Positions 18,245-58,574 of a DNA stretch of 64,000 nt are shown here, piece after piece. The notes beneath the pieces were generated by a model that saw nothing but the letters and a program-made list of their open reading frames with translations, was not told the origin of the DNA and did no database searches. Location of the stretch: assembly GCA_002269645.1 (NCBI GenBank), contig NIVC01000307.1:1-64000 (forward strand), read 5' to 3'. Position 1 is the stretch's first letter. Each line of letters opens with the position of its first letter. The stretch is from Macrostomum lignano. Taxonomy: Eukaryota. The position numbers and the translations under genes were made by a program.

Positions 18245-18697
18245 TAGTTAGGTAATTAGTTAGTCAGTCAGTTAGTCAGTTAGTCAGTCAGTTAGTTAGT
18301 CAGTCAGTTAGTCAGTTAGTCAGTTAGTTAGTCAGTCAGTCAGTCAGTCAGTTAGTTAGTCAGTCAGTTAGCTAGTCAGTTAGTTAGTTAGTTAGTCAGT
18401 TAGTTAGTCAGTCAGTCAGTCAGTTAGTTAGTCAGTCAGTTAGCTAGTCAGTTAGTTAGTTAGTTAGTTAGTCAGTTAGTTAGTTAGTTAGTCAGTTAGT
18501 TAGTTAGTTAGTCAGTCAGTTAGCTAGTCAGTTAGTTAGTTAGTCAGTCAGTCAGTCAGTCAGTTAGCTAGTCAGTTAGTTATTCAGTTAGTTAGTCAGT
18601 CAGTCAGTCAGTTAGTTAGTCAGTCAGTTAGTTAGTCAGTTAGTTTGTTAGTTAGTTAGTTAGTTAGTCAGTCAGTTAGCTAGTCAGTTAGCTAGTC

Positions 18698-18746
<49 letters not shown>

Positions 18747-18832
18747 TTTAGTTAGTTAGTTAGTCAGTTAGTTAGTCTGTCAGTTAGTCAGTCAGTCAGT
18801 CAGTTAGTCAGTCAGTTTGTTTGTTGGTTAGA
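18245..18832. repeat. (TTAG/TCAG)n microsatellite
   Basis: Visible array. Confidence 0.96.
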
Positions 18833-18993
18833 TAACTACTACAGTAGGGTTTAGATTCGTTACACCCTGACGCAACACCTTCGGCGACATCGTCCCACAG
18901 ACTTTCTAATCGTTAGGCATGTACACCCTCTGTGAAATGAAGCAAACTCAAATGAAACGAACTAACAAATCTTTAACTTCTCATTCATGCCAA

Positions 18994-20149
18994 ATGTCAA
19001 GCAGCAGCGATGGTATCAAGAAGGATCATAACCAGCTGCTTCTGCGGTGCATCGGAGAACAGCTGGCCGAGCTGGACCTCCTGCTCAGCATGTATCCGGA
19101 CGAGGCCGAACTGAAAATCGAAGATTTTGTCGCTGTCGACGAACTTCGACGATTAGTTAGCGAAGCTGACGTCGACGCGATGTCTGAGTGTCAGTTTCGG
19201 ATCGGGTTCACTTTTCGAATTATTGGAACTTCCAATCTGGTAGTTCTGGAGTGCATTTGCCGGTTGTCGGGCGCATATCCTATTGAGAAACCACCCGGAC
19301 TGTTCCTGCGATCTGATTGGCTGAGCCGCGATCGGCTCCGATTGGCTAGCGAAGCATTGGCCAATCAGCTTGAAGAGATGTTTAAACCGGGCGAACCGGT
19401 GCTTTATCAGGTATAGCTGTAATCACTTTTTCTATAGTTTTAGTTATTTTCGTTACGTATCGGTGGATTTGTGATTAATTTAGTTTTTTAAGTATCGAAT
19501 AGAATAGTATTATACGCTACATATCGGTATGTTACAGTTATTTTAGTTTTCGGTGTGTCTAAAGTTATTATTTACGCAACATATCGGTAGATATATTAAA
19601 AATTTCAAAACCACAATTCAGATGCTTAGCTGGCTAACGGAGTTCGTTTCAACCAACATTCCTACTGACGAAGATGCTTCAGCTTCCACAGCAACGGAAG
19701 CAGGAGCAGCAGAAACGGAAGCAACAACTGACCAGCGTCTCAGCCGCCTGTGGATTCACAGTCATCACATCTATAACAGCTTGAAACGGCGCGACATTCT
19801 CAACTGGAGCGCTGAATTGCGTTTAACCGGCTTCTCAATAGTTGGCAAACCCGGCATTGTCTGCGTTGAAGGACCCGAATCCGCGGTTGAAGAATTCTGG
19901 CAACGATTGCGCCGATTGAATTGGAAGAAACTCACCATGAAGGAGAAAGATGTTTGTCCGCCAGATGCTACTGAAGCTGTCCGGCGGCAGTTTAAAAAAT
20001 TTGACGACTTTCGCGAGCTGTCATTCAATGCCAGACCAGGGAGAGGCCGCGAGGTGCTGCAAGACTGGGGTCTGGTGATTCGGTTTCTAGAAGATAAAGG
20101 ACTGGGTCGCGTGATTCCGGTGTACTTTGGCAATTTGACTTCTAGGTAA
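18994..20149 (+). CDS. RWDD2B: RWD domain-containing protein 2A/2B-like (RWD + DUF1115)
   Basis: Exons 18994 (or 18919)-19410 and 19622-20149, phase 0. Motifs EQLAELDLLLSMYP, AYP..KPP, RLWIHSHHIYNSLKRRDIL, LTGFSIVGKPGIVCVEG, FWQRLRRLNWK. The 2A vs 2B paralog assignment is uncertain. Confidence 0.88.
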
Positions 20150-20164
20150 TTTGTAGCTATTTGA

Positions 20165-20840
20165 TGAAAACTGGGTCACGTGCTCTAACGGTGTACTTTT
20201 AGTCCGTCTGAACTTAATTCTTTGCTAAACAATAAAAAGTAGGCCACGTGAGCTCTCGATGTACTTTCATGCGGTCTGAACTTGATTCTTAGCTGAACAA
20301 TAAAAAGTAGGTCACGTAAGCTCTCGATGTACTTTCATGCTGTCTGAACTTGATTCTTAGCTGAACAAAAAGTAGGTCACGTGAGCTCTCGGTGTACTTT
20401 CAGGCCGTCTAAACTTTCTAAAAGATTTGATTCTGAGCTGGACAATAAAACTTGGTCACGTGACCCATTTATAATTGACTGGTGTACTTTTAGGTTGTGT
20501 GAACTTTCTTATATATTTTATTTGTAGCTAAATAATGAAAACTGGGTCACTTGATCTAAGGTGCACTTTTAATTCGTCTGAACGTTGTGACTATTCGATT
20601 CTCGGCTGGACAAAAACTAGGTCACGTGATCTGGTAGGTGTACTTTTTAGCCGTCTGAACTTTCCAAAATATTTTATTCTTGTCTGGTCAATAAAAACAA
20701 AGTCACGTGATCTCTTGGCGTACTTTTCGATAATTTTAGGCTGTTAATACTAAAAAATTCAATGTACACTCGTACTTAGGAAAATAAAACTATTTATTAT
20801 TCTCCAAGTTAAAAGTACAGTATTAGGTCACGTGATCACC
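20165..20840. repeat. Degenerate ~65-120 bp tandem repeat carrying (G)GTCACGTGA E-box motifs
   Basis: Nine units; 7 intact CACGTG. Confidence 0.8.
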
Positions 20841-21289
20841 TTAGTAGAATTTGTAGGTATTATAAAGATTACAGATACGTAAATGCATATCAGTAAATTT
20901 AAAAGTCAATGATAAGTTGATGTATTTTTTGTTTGATTTTACCAAATTTTCTGAGAAATATTTGGTGGTGCATCAATTTGCTGATTTTAATTTTAATTTC
21001 TAATATATCTTGATATATTGGTTGAGTTATTTTCTTTGTTTGCTTGCTACATGTATTTATTACAGTAGAATTTTTGTTGTTGTTGCTTTTAAAACAGTGT
21101 CAGTTAAAAAAAAACTCATTGAATCATCGCATAAGTTGGTAATCATGGTGGTTTAGGTTGTGTTGATACTATTTATAAATCCATTATTTCTTAAGTGATA
21201 TATAATCACAGATGTTAATATTTAATCTCTTAATCCTCGGATGAAATATCAATGCAGATGATAATCCTCATACCCTTAAGTCTCAGGTG

Positions 21290-21520
21290 GATTATCATGA
21301 CGGATGTTAATCCCTAATCTCTTTATCCTCAAGTGGAATATCATGACTGACGATAATTGCTAATCTCTTAATCCTCAGGTGGAATATCATTACCGATGAT
21401 AATCGTTAATCTCTTAATCCTCAATTGGAATATCATGACTGACGATAATTGCTAATCTCTTAATCCTCAGGTGGAATATCATTACCGATGATAATCGTTA
21501 ATCCCTCAATCCCAGGTGGA
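21290..21520. repeat. Degenerate ~45-bp tandem repeat (AATCTCTTAATCCTCAGGTGGAATATCAT...)
   Basis: About five copies visible. Confidence 0.75.
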
Positions 21521-21687
21521 TCATCAATAAAATCATAATCACAGATCATCAACTATTCGAATGTATTTTGCAACTCCTTAAGTTTGTCGCAAATTTCAAA
21601 AGTTTGGCATATCATCAAAATTTCTAATAACCCGCGCGGAAAACAATCATTTTCAGCCAGTGAAACATTCATTGCAAGGAAACTGAA

Positions 21688-23388
21688 ATGCGCAGACACG
21701 GGCCATCGTCTCCAACGTCTGACAGAGCGCCTAGCAGCAGTTCGAATGCTAACAACAACAGTAATCTAGCAGCCAATAGAAACCTACTAGCTGGAGAGTA
21801 CATTAGTCTGTTCAATGCCGCCTTTGGTCACGTGACCTGCGGCCTTGTATTCATACTGTGCATGAGCCAGTGCGGCATATTCGATGTTGTGCAGACAGAC
21901 ACAGATTTGAGTCGGTACGCTGAGCGGCATAGCTTAGCCTGGCTGCCAACCTGGCTGCCGATGCCGCTGAATACTGCGGTGAACTTTGGTTACAGCTTCT
22001 GCGGTATCTATTGGTTGCTTAGGGTGAAGCGGCTGTTTCTAACTGGTGAGTGAAGGCATGCACTATTGTTGATCTGTGTCCCCCAGAGTCGCAGACAATA
22101 AAGCGCCTCAAATTGACTCTTCTTTCACTTCTTTCCCATTTTACCTGTGTTACCTGGGATACAGCTTCAGGTAAAGTGGATACAGCTTCAGGTAAAGGGG
22201 GATACAGCTTCAGGTAAAGGGGGTTACAGCTTCAGGTAAAGGGGGATACAGCTTCAGGTAAAGGGGGATACAGCTTCAGGTAAAGGGGGTTACAGCTTCA
22301 GGTAAAAGAGATACAGCTTCAGGTAAAGGGGGATACAGCTTCAGATAAAAGTGTTACAGCTTCAGGTAAAGGGGGTTACAGCTTCAGGTAAAGGGTTTAC
22401 AGCTTCAGGTAAAGGGGATACAGCTTCAGGTAAAGGGGATACAGCTTCAGGTAAAGGGGTTTACAGCTTCAGGTAAAGGGGTTTACAGCTTCAGGTAAAG
22501 GGGTTTACAGCTTCAGGTAAATGGGATACAGCTTCAGGTAAAGTGGGTTACAGCTTCAGGTAAAGGGGATACAGCTTCAGGTAAAGGGGGTTACAGCTTC
22601 AGGTAAAGGGGGTTACAGCTTCAGGTAAAGGGGGTTACAGCTTCAGGTAAAGGGTTTACAGCTTCAGGTAAAGGGGATACAGCTTCAGGTAAAGGGGTTT
22701 ACAGCTTCAGGTAAAGGGGTTTACAGCTTCAGGTAAAGGGGATACAGCTTCAGGTAAAGGGGATGCAGATTAACGAAGTCCGCACGTTCCCGCATTATCC
22801 CAATCCGCAGGCAGTTTATCACGCGATGCGGCCTATTTATTCAGCGTATTCGCCGTCATGGCAACAGCCTACGGGCCGGTGCAATTAGCCCGGATTGTAC
22901 GAATGTCGCACAACCTGGCAGTTGTTGACCAATGGGTAACTCTGCCATTCTTTGCCTGGGTTCCAATCTGGGTGATCTCCACCGTAACTGGTCATTTATC
23001 AGCTGGTCCTATTTTAATTACAATGGTTGCATCGCTGCTTAGCTACCTACTAGCAGTAGTAACCGATGTTGGTTTCGAATTGGCGCTGACTTTGCACGTG
23101 TCTGCCGCGATGGGATCAGGGATTTTCCTGTGCCTTTATCCTGAGCTGTCCTCTGCGACTGGTCTGATTAAGAATGTGGCTTTGGCTGCTCTCAGCTGTG
23201 TCGGCTTTGTCGGATTAAAACTGTTGGATCACAAACTGGCTAATCTGTGCCCCGCAGTGTTTCGGATTGTGTCCGGTCATTTTCTGTCTAAACTGGCCGA
23301 TGTCATGCAGATTCACTACGTCTGTAGGGCGTTTGAATGCGTTGCCTTGATTGCGGCTGGCAATGATGACGGACGGAAGCTGGCCTGA
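21688..23388 (+). CDS. TMEM187: Transmembrane protein 187-like
   Basis: Exons 21688-22045 and 22811-23388 (phase 1). Motifs YAE..LPTWLPMPLNTAVNFGY, YGPVQ, DQWVTLPFFAW, GFELAL, LSCVGFVGLKLLDH and SGHFLSKLADVMQIH parallel human TMEM187. Confidence 0.9.
22158..22765. repeat. 20-22-bp minisatellite TACAGCTTCAGGTAAAGGGG(G/T) in the TMEM187 intron
   Basis: About 27 copies of CTTCAGGTAAA counted. Confidence 0.95.
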
Positions 23389-23459
23389 TAATCTTTTTGT
23401 TATGTTTTTGAATCTCTGTTTACAGTTTGTTGTTTCATAGTTTTGAACTGTCATGGAGG

Positions 23460-24275
23460 TGGGTAGCTACATTTAGCAGCCAGCTGATGGGTCATAGAGG
23501 GGGTTAGCTACATTTAGCAGCTAGCTTAAGGGTCATAGAGGGGGTTAGCTACATTTAGCAGCCAGCTGAAGGGTCATAGAGGGGGTAAGCTACATTTAGC
23601 AGCCAGCTGAAGGGTCATAGAGGGGGTAGCTACATTTAGCAGCCAGCTGAAGGGTCATAGAGGGGGTTGCTATATTTAGCAGCCAGCTGAAGGGTCATAG
23701 AGGGGGTAGCTACATTTAGCAGCCAGCTGAAGGGTCATAGAGGGGGTAGCTATATTTAGCAGCCAGCTGAAGGGTCATAGAGGGGGTTGCTATATTTAGC
23801 AGCCAGCTGAAGGGTCATAGAGGGGGTTAGCTACATTTAGCAGCCAGCTGAAGGGTCATAGAGGGGGTTGCTATATTTAGCAGCCAGCTGAAGGGTCATA
23901 GAGGGGGTTGCTATATTTAGCAGCCAGCTGAAGGGTCATAGAGGGGGTTGCTATATTTAGCAGCCAGCTGAAGGGTCATAGATGGGGTTGCTATATTTAG
24001 CAGCCAGCTGAAGGGTCATAGAGGGGGTTAGCTACATTTAGCAGCCAGCTGAAGGGTCATAGAGGGAGTTGCTATATTTAGCAGCCAGCTGAAGGGTCAT
24101 AGAGGGGGTTAGCTACATTTAGCAGCCAGCTGAAGGGTCATAGAGGGGGTTGCTATATTTAGCAGCCAGCTGAAGGGTCATAGAGGGGGTTGCTATATTT
24201 AGCAGCCAGTTGAAGGGTCATAGAGGGGGTTGCTATATTTAGCAGCCAGCTGAAGGGTCATAGATGGGTCATAGA
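23460..24275. repeat. 40/41-bp minisatellite AGCTACATTTAGCAGCCAGCTGAAGGGTCATAGAGGGGGT
   Basis: ~20 tandem copies. Confidence 0.95.
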
Positions 24276-24677
24276 GGCTTTTACTTCTACTTCATGATGA
24301 TTACGTTTACATCATTATTACTTGTATAAATCCTGCAATGAAGTCAAAAACTGCATATCGATTGTATTTGTAGCTTCGTTTATTTTTTAAATGTGTTATT
24401 CTTTAGTTTAGTTGAATTTGCTAGTTTATTTCCTAAAAATTTTCTTAGACTTCTCTCTGCGAATTGAATGAAACGTAGATGTGTATAGCAATTAAATAAA
24501 TGTACACTTGTTAATGTCGAGGTGTGATCTGTTTTTCATCTCTTCGATTTTGCCTAACGCTTCGAAATTGTTCTTAACAAATGAGGAAGTTACCAGTAAA
24601 TATTGATTTTTTATCAAAGTTCTAACTTGTCTGACGCAATTGGCTTGAATAGGGCGCTGAGCTTGTAAAACCATTCC

Positions 24678-25430
24678 AACTTGTTAGACACCAAACCATT
24701 CTGTTAGACACCAAACCATTCTGTTAGACACCAAACCACCCTGTTAGACACCAAACCATTCTGTTAGACACCAAACCACCCTGTTAGACACCAAACCATC
24801 TTGTTAGACACCAAACCATCCTGTTAGACACCAAACCATCCTGTTAGACACCAAACCATCTTGTTAGACACCAAACCATTCTGTTAGACACCAAACCATT
24901 CTGTTAGACACCAAACCATTCTGTTAGACACCAAACCACCCTGTTAGACACCAAACCATCTTGTTAGACACCAAACCATCCTGTTAGACACCAAACCATC
25001 CTGTTAGACACAAAACCATCCTGTTAGACACCAAACCATCCTATCAGACACCAAACCATCCTGTTAGACACCAAACCATCTTGTTAGACACCAAACCATT
25101 CTGTTAGACACCAAACCATTCTGTTAGACACCAAACCACCCTGTTAGACACCAAACCATCCTGTTAGACACCAAACCATCCTGTTAGACACCAAACCATC
25201 CTGTTAGACACCAAACCATCTTGTTAGACACCAAACCATTCTGTTAGACACCAAACCATTCTGTTAGACACCAAACCACCCTGTTAGACACCAAACCATC
25301 TTGTTAGACACCAAACCATCCTGTTAGACACCAAACCATCCTGTTAGACACAAAACCATCCTGTTAGACACAAAACCATCCTGTTAGACACCAAACCATC
25401 CTGTTAGACACAAACATCCTGTTAGACCCA
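24678..25430. repeat. 20-bp minisatellite CTGTTAGACACCAAACCATC
   Basis: Tandem copies. Confidence 0.96.
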
Positions 25431-25724
25431 GAATAAAGTCTGCTCGGCAGCAACATCCTATCCAGTTCCGATTAAGACACAAGAAAGAAAAAATCGAGTA
25501 AAAAATGTCATCAAAATAGCACTAAGTTTTATTTCGGAAACCGTTCGTGCATCTCTTGTCTCCTGTTTGTACTATTAAAAAAACGTAAAAAAATATTACT
25601 TCCACCTCCCGTCGAGCGAAGATCCAGTTTTGAATTGGGAAAAAATTATTCGCATCGTTTTTCTGTTTCTACAAAGACGGAGAGAGAAAAAGAGACAATT
25701 AAGGTCAAACGTCAAAAGTTGGCG

Positions 25725-27095
25725 TCAAATCTGAAAGCTTCTCTGGCCGCCGCAGGCCCACCAGCTGCCAACAAAGAGCGGCACAAATGCGTTGGCTTTG
25801 TCAGCAGAGTCTGTTGTGGCGCCGTCCACCCGGTCCCTGTTCAGATAGTAGGAATCGGTGTCCAGGTCGCTGTAGAAGGTTCCGATTCTCGGCGCCTCGG
25901 CAGCCGCAAACGAGTTACTCTGGAACAGCTGCACCTCATGGACCATCTCCGACGCCTCTAGCGAGGCCGCTCCGTCGTCCTCGTCCTCCTCGTTTACATC
26001 GTCGGCGAAGCCGAGGATCTCTCGCCGACTCGTAGCCGAATAGGATCGGGCGGTGGCGCCCGCCGGGGTCACGTGAGCCAGCACCGGCGGCAGGACTGTC
26101 GCAGGCGGCGGCGGCGGCGGCTGTGTGGCGTCTGTCGCGAAACGCGCCCGACTCCCGGAACTTCCGCCGCGCCAATCCAGTACGCCTTCCAGCGGTTGGA
26201 TTCGGCGCAGAAAGTTCGACAGCTCGCCGCCGCCGCCGCTGCCACCACCGCTGGCGATTCCGTAGCGACGAGGCAGAGGCAGCTGCTGTTGAAGACCTTC
26301 GTTGAAGCCTCGAGACCGCCGCTGCGGCGGCTGTTGCTGTAGCTGCTTCGGTTTCTGCTGCTGCTGCTCCTGATGCTGCTTTGACGCTGATGGAAGAAGT
26401 CTCGGTCTTGTTGCCGTTGCCGGCTTCCGCTGCTGTTGCTGCTGCTGCTGTTGCGTTCTGCTTTTAGTGCTCCGTTGCTGCAGCGCTCGCCTGGCGTTGC
26501 TGCGGTTTGCTGCCCGCATCGCGTTGTTTTCGTTGCCTTCGCCCTCGCCCTCGCCGCCGCCACCGCCGCCTCCATCGCCTTCGCTTTCGCCTTCGGGTCT
26601 CTCAGAGCCTCTTCTAAAACCTTCGCCGCTCTCTTCCACCCTCTCTTCCGTCTTCTCCTCGTAATTCTCCTCGTATTTCTCTTCCGTCTTCTCCTCGTAC
26701 TTCTCCTCCATCTTCTCTTCAGACTTCTCCTCCATCTTTTCCTCAGAATTCTCTTCCGCCTTTTCCTCCGACTTTTCTTCTGACTTTTCTTCTTTCTTCT
26801 TCTGTTCCACTTTGCTTTCCTTTCTTTTTTCCTTGCTCTTGCCGCTATCGCCGCTGCCGTCTCCGTTGCCTTTCTCGTTGCCTTTCTCGCTGCCTTTCTC
26901 GCTGCCTTTCTCGTTGTCGTCTTTCTCATCCTTCCAGTTAGACTGCTCTTGCAGCACCCTATTGCAGATGGTGTTCCACAGGTCCTGCTGAAAGCGTCGT
27001 TTGCACTGCAGTATCTCCGGCTGCATTGCTTTCAAATCGATGCCCAGATCCACTGGGAATAAGTCGCGAGCTCGGCAGGGAAAATTGAACGGCAT
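25725..27095 (-). CDS. Hypothetical protein with E/K-rich, Q-rich and P-rich low-complexity segments
   Basis: 456-codon open frame, GC-rich like the other exons, with non-repetitive N- and C-terminal parts. No family recognised; the true 5' end is unknown. Confidence 0.5.
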   Translation of the reverse strand: MPFNFPCRARDLFPVDLGIDLKAMQPEILQCKRRFQQDLWNTICNRVLQEQSNWKDEKDDNEKGSEKGSEKGNEKGNGDGSGDSGKSKEKRKESKVEQKKKEEKSEEKSEEKAEENSEEKMEEKSEEKMEEKYEEKTEEKYEENYEEKTEERVEESGEGFRRGSERPEGESEGDGGGGGGGEGEGEGNENNAMRAANRSNARRALQQRSTKSRTQQQQQQQQRKPATATRPRLLPSASKQHQEQQQQKPKQLQQQPPQRRSRGFNEGLQQQLPLPRRYGIASGGGSGGGGELSNFLRRIQPLEGVLDWRGGSSGSRARFATDATQPPPPPPATVLPPVLAHVTPAGATARSYSATSRREILGFADDVNEEDEDDGAASLEASEMVHEVQLFQSNSFAAAEAPRIGTFYSDLDTDSYYLNRDRVDGATTDSADKANAFVPLFVGSWWACGGQRSFQI

Positions 27096-28721
27096 TATTG
27101 CTTTTAGATTGATCTCTTGCGGTAGTCCGCGGTTAGCGGCTGAGGATTTGTGCCACCCGATTCAGATCATATACGACCTCACTGTTCGTACTCTAATCTG
27201 CCAGAGGTAGCCGAGCTGACATAGACAATAATTTGCTATCTGTTTCGCTGCCTTGCTGTCTATGGCTTATTTTGGTTTAAAATCTCTTTTAAGCTAATAA
27301 TTTGCTTCGCTTTGCTAATGGGAATTGCAATCTCATCTCGAATAATTTTGTCTTATTTTTATTTCTCGAGTCACACGGGAGCTTGAAGTGTGTAATTTAA
27401 CTTATATGATGCGTAACTCCAGCTGTACGTAGCTTGTCAAAAAAAGAGTTTAAATAAAGGTAAAAATTAATTGAGTTCAGTATAACAAAACAGTATTAAA
27501 AATTAGTATACTTTTGTCAGTTTTGATAAATTTCATATCGGCAATCCAACACAGCAGAAGACATAATTGAGTTAATAATTAAGTATGTATATATAGTTCG
27601 ATTTTTTCTCATAGCTCAACAATTAACGAATTCTCAGGCGCCAATTCAATTTTATTGTGCGCAGACAGAATGACAAACAAGATGAAAATCAAAACAAACA
27701 TGCAAAACAAAATATTTTTATATATCTTATTGAAGCAGTGCTGATATGTTCTCATCTTAACAACATTTACCATTGGAGAAATTATTACAATTCTTATCAA
27801 AGAATTTTCTACGATGCATAAATATTTAATTTACAACTGTAAAAGGTACATTTGAAGTACAGTATACAACAGAACGCTGTAGACTTTAATTAATAATTGG
27901 TAGTAAAATTAGATTAGTCATTTGAACTTTGTTTGGTAATTTAAATTTGTTTTAATTAGTTACTAAAGAAAAGTTATAAATTTATAATAGAAAGGCATAT
28001 ACGTGTGGATGAAGCATAACCAGCCATGCTTAATAATTTCAATACTGATTGTATATGAACAATATGCGTACTGTACTAATTACCATCAATTATTATACTG
28101 TGAAATTAATTTTTGTATTGTGACATCAATAGCTTTTAAGTCAATCTATAACTGTAAAATGCCCTCTATAGCTATCAATACCATCAATATAGATGGTACA
28201 AAGTTTTTGTACCTTGTTTTTTCAAAACACGGAAATACATGTAATTTGTAACAAAAACTCGCAGAAGTACCTTATGGTACAGAGTGGGTACAAGAAGGTG
28301 TATTCGGAAGTCAATATTTTATAATTTTATTATTGTTATTTCTCGGATAAATTTGTCGTAACTACTTCATTGCATTAAAATTGTTTGTTAGTTTTAATTT
28401 AAATATTTAAATAACTTAATGTTGAGTTTACTAATATTTAAAACAAAAGGTATTTTAAACCTTATGAAAGTTAAAAATCAATTTCCGTGTGTTAATTAAA
28501 AAAATGCAAATATGTCAAACTTAAATACCCTCAATTGCCATGCATGAATCTCAAGGATTTTTAACCTCGGATTTTTTAATCCGATTCCCAAAATATGCAA
28601 AATTTCGTAGCTCATGATAAAAGACAACAACAACGAAGGAAAATAACTTGTAATACTAAATTTATTGTCTGCCGATCATCCGCTGGAATTTGAGTAATCG
28701 GGCAGCTATTGGCTCTGCCAA

Positions 28722-58222
<29,501 letters not shown>

Positions 58223-58574
58223 AGCGACGAAAAACTGAAACGGGGGGGGGGGTGCGGTTGGATGGGGTGTGATGTGATGGGATGCAGGATTATGAATGAG
58301 CTTTTCCGTGAAAAGAAACCTATCCCCAAAGCAATCCAACTTGGCTTGTCATCAACTTCAAGCTTCAAGTGAAGAGTAGGAGCTGAGTCTTTTGCTAATG
58401 ATGCCTAACAGTCGTTGAGTAGCCAAGATGAGACTGCAGCTAGAGCCTGTAGGCACCTGTTGTAAGAGTATTTAGCTTGCCCGAACTAGCTTGCTAGTTA
58501 GTTACATAAACTAGCATTGTAAAGGACTATAACTTTTAGTGGCATTTAAGGGTTAATTAAGGGTCCACTTACCG

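Noticed and set aside
23460-25430. Regular 20-41 bp repeats resembling CRISPR arrays
   Set aside because: Units are contiguous with no unique spacers, there are no cas genes, and the context is eukaryotic.
27162-27164. In-frame TGA upstream of the orphan ORF as possible selenocysteine
   Set aside because: No SECIS-like element seen downstream, no redox motif, and no upstream initiator other than a Met two codons before the TGA.
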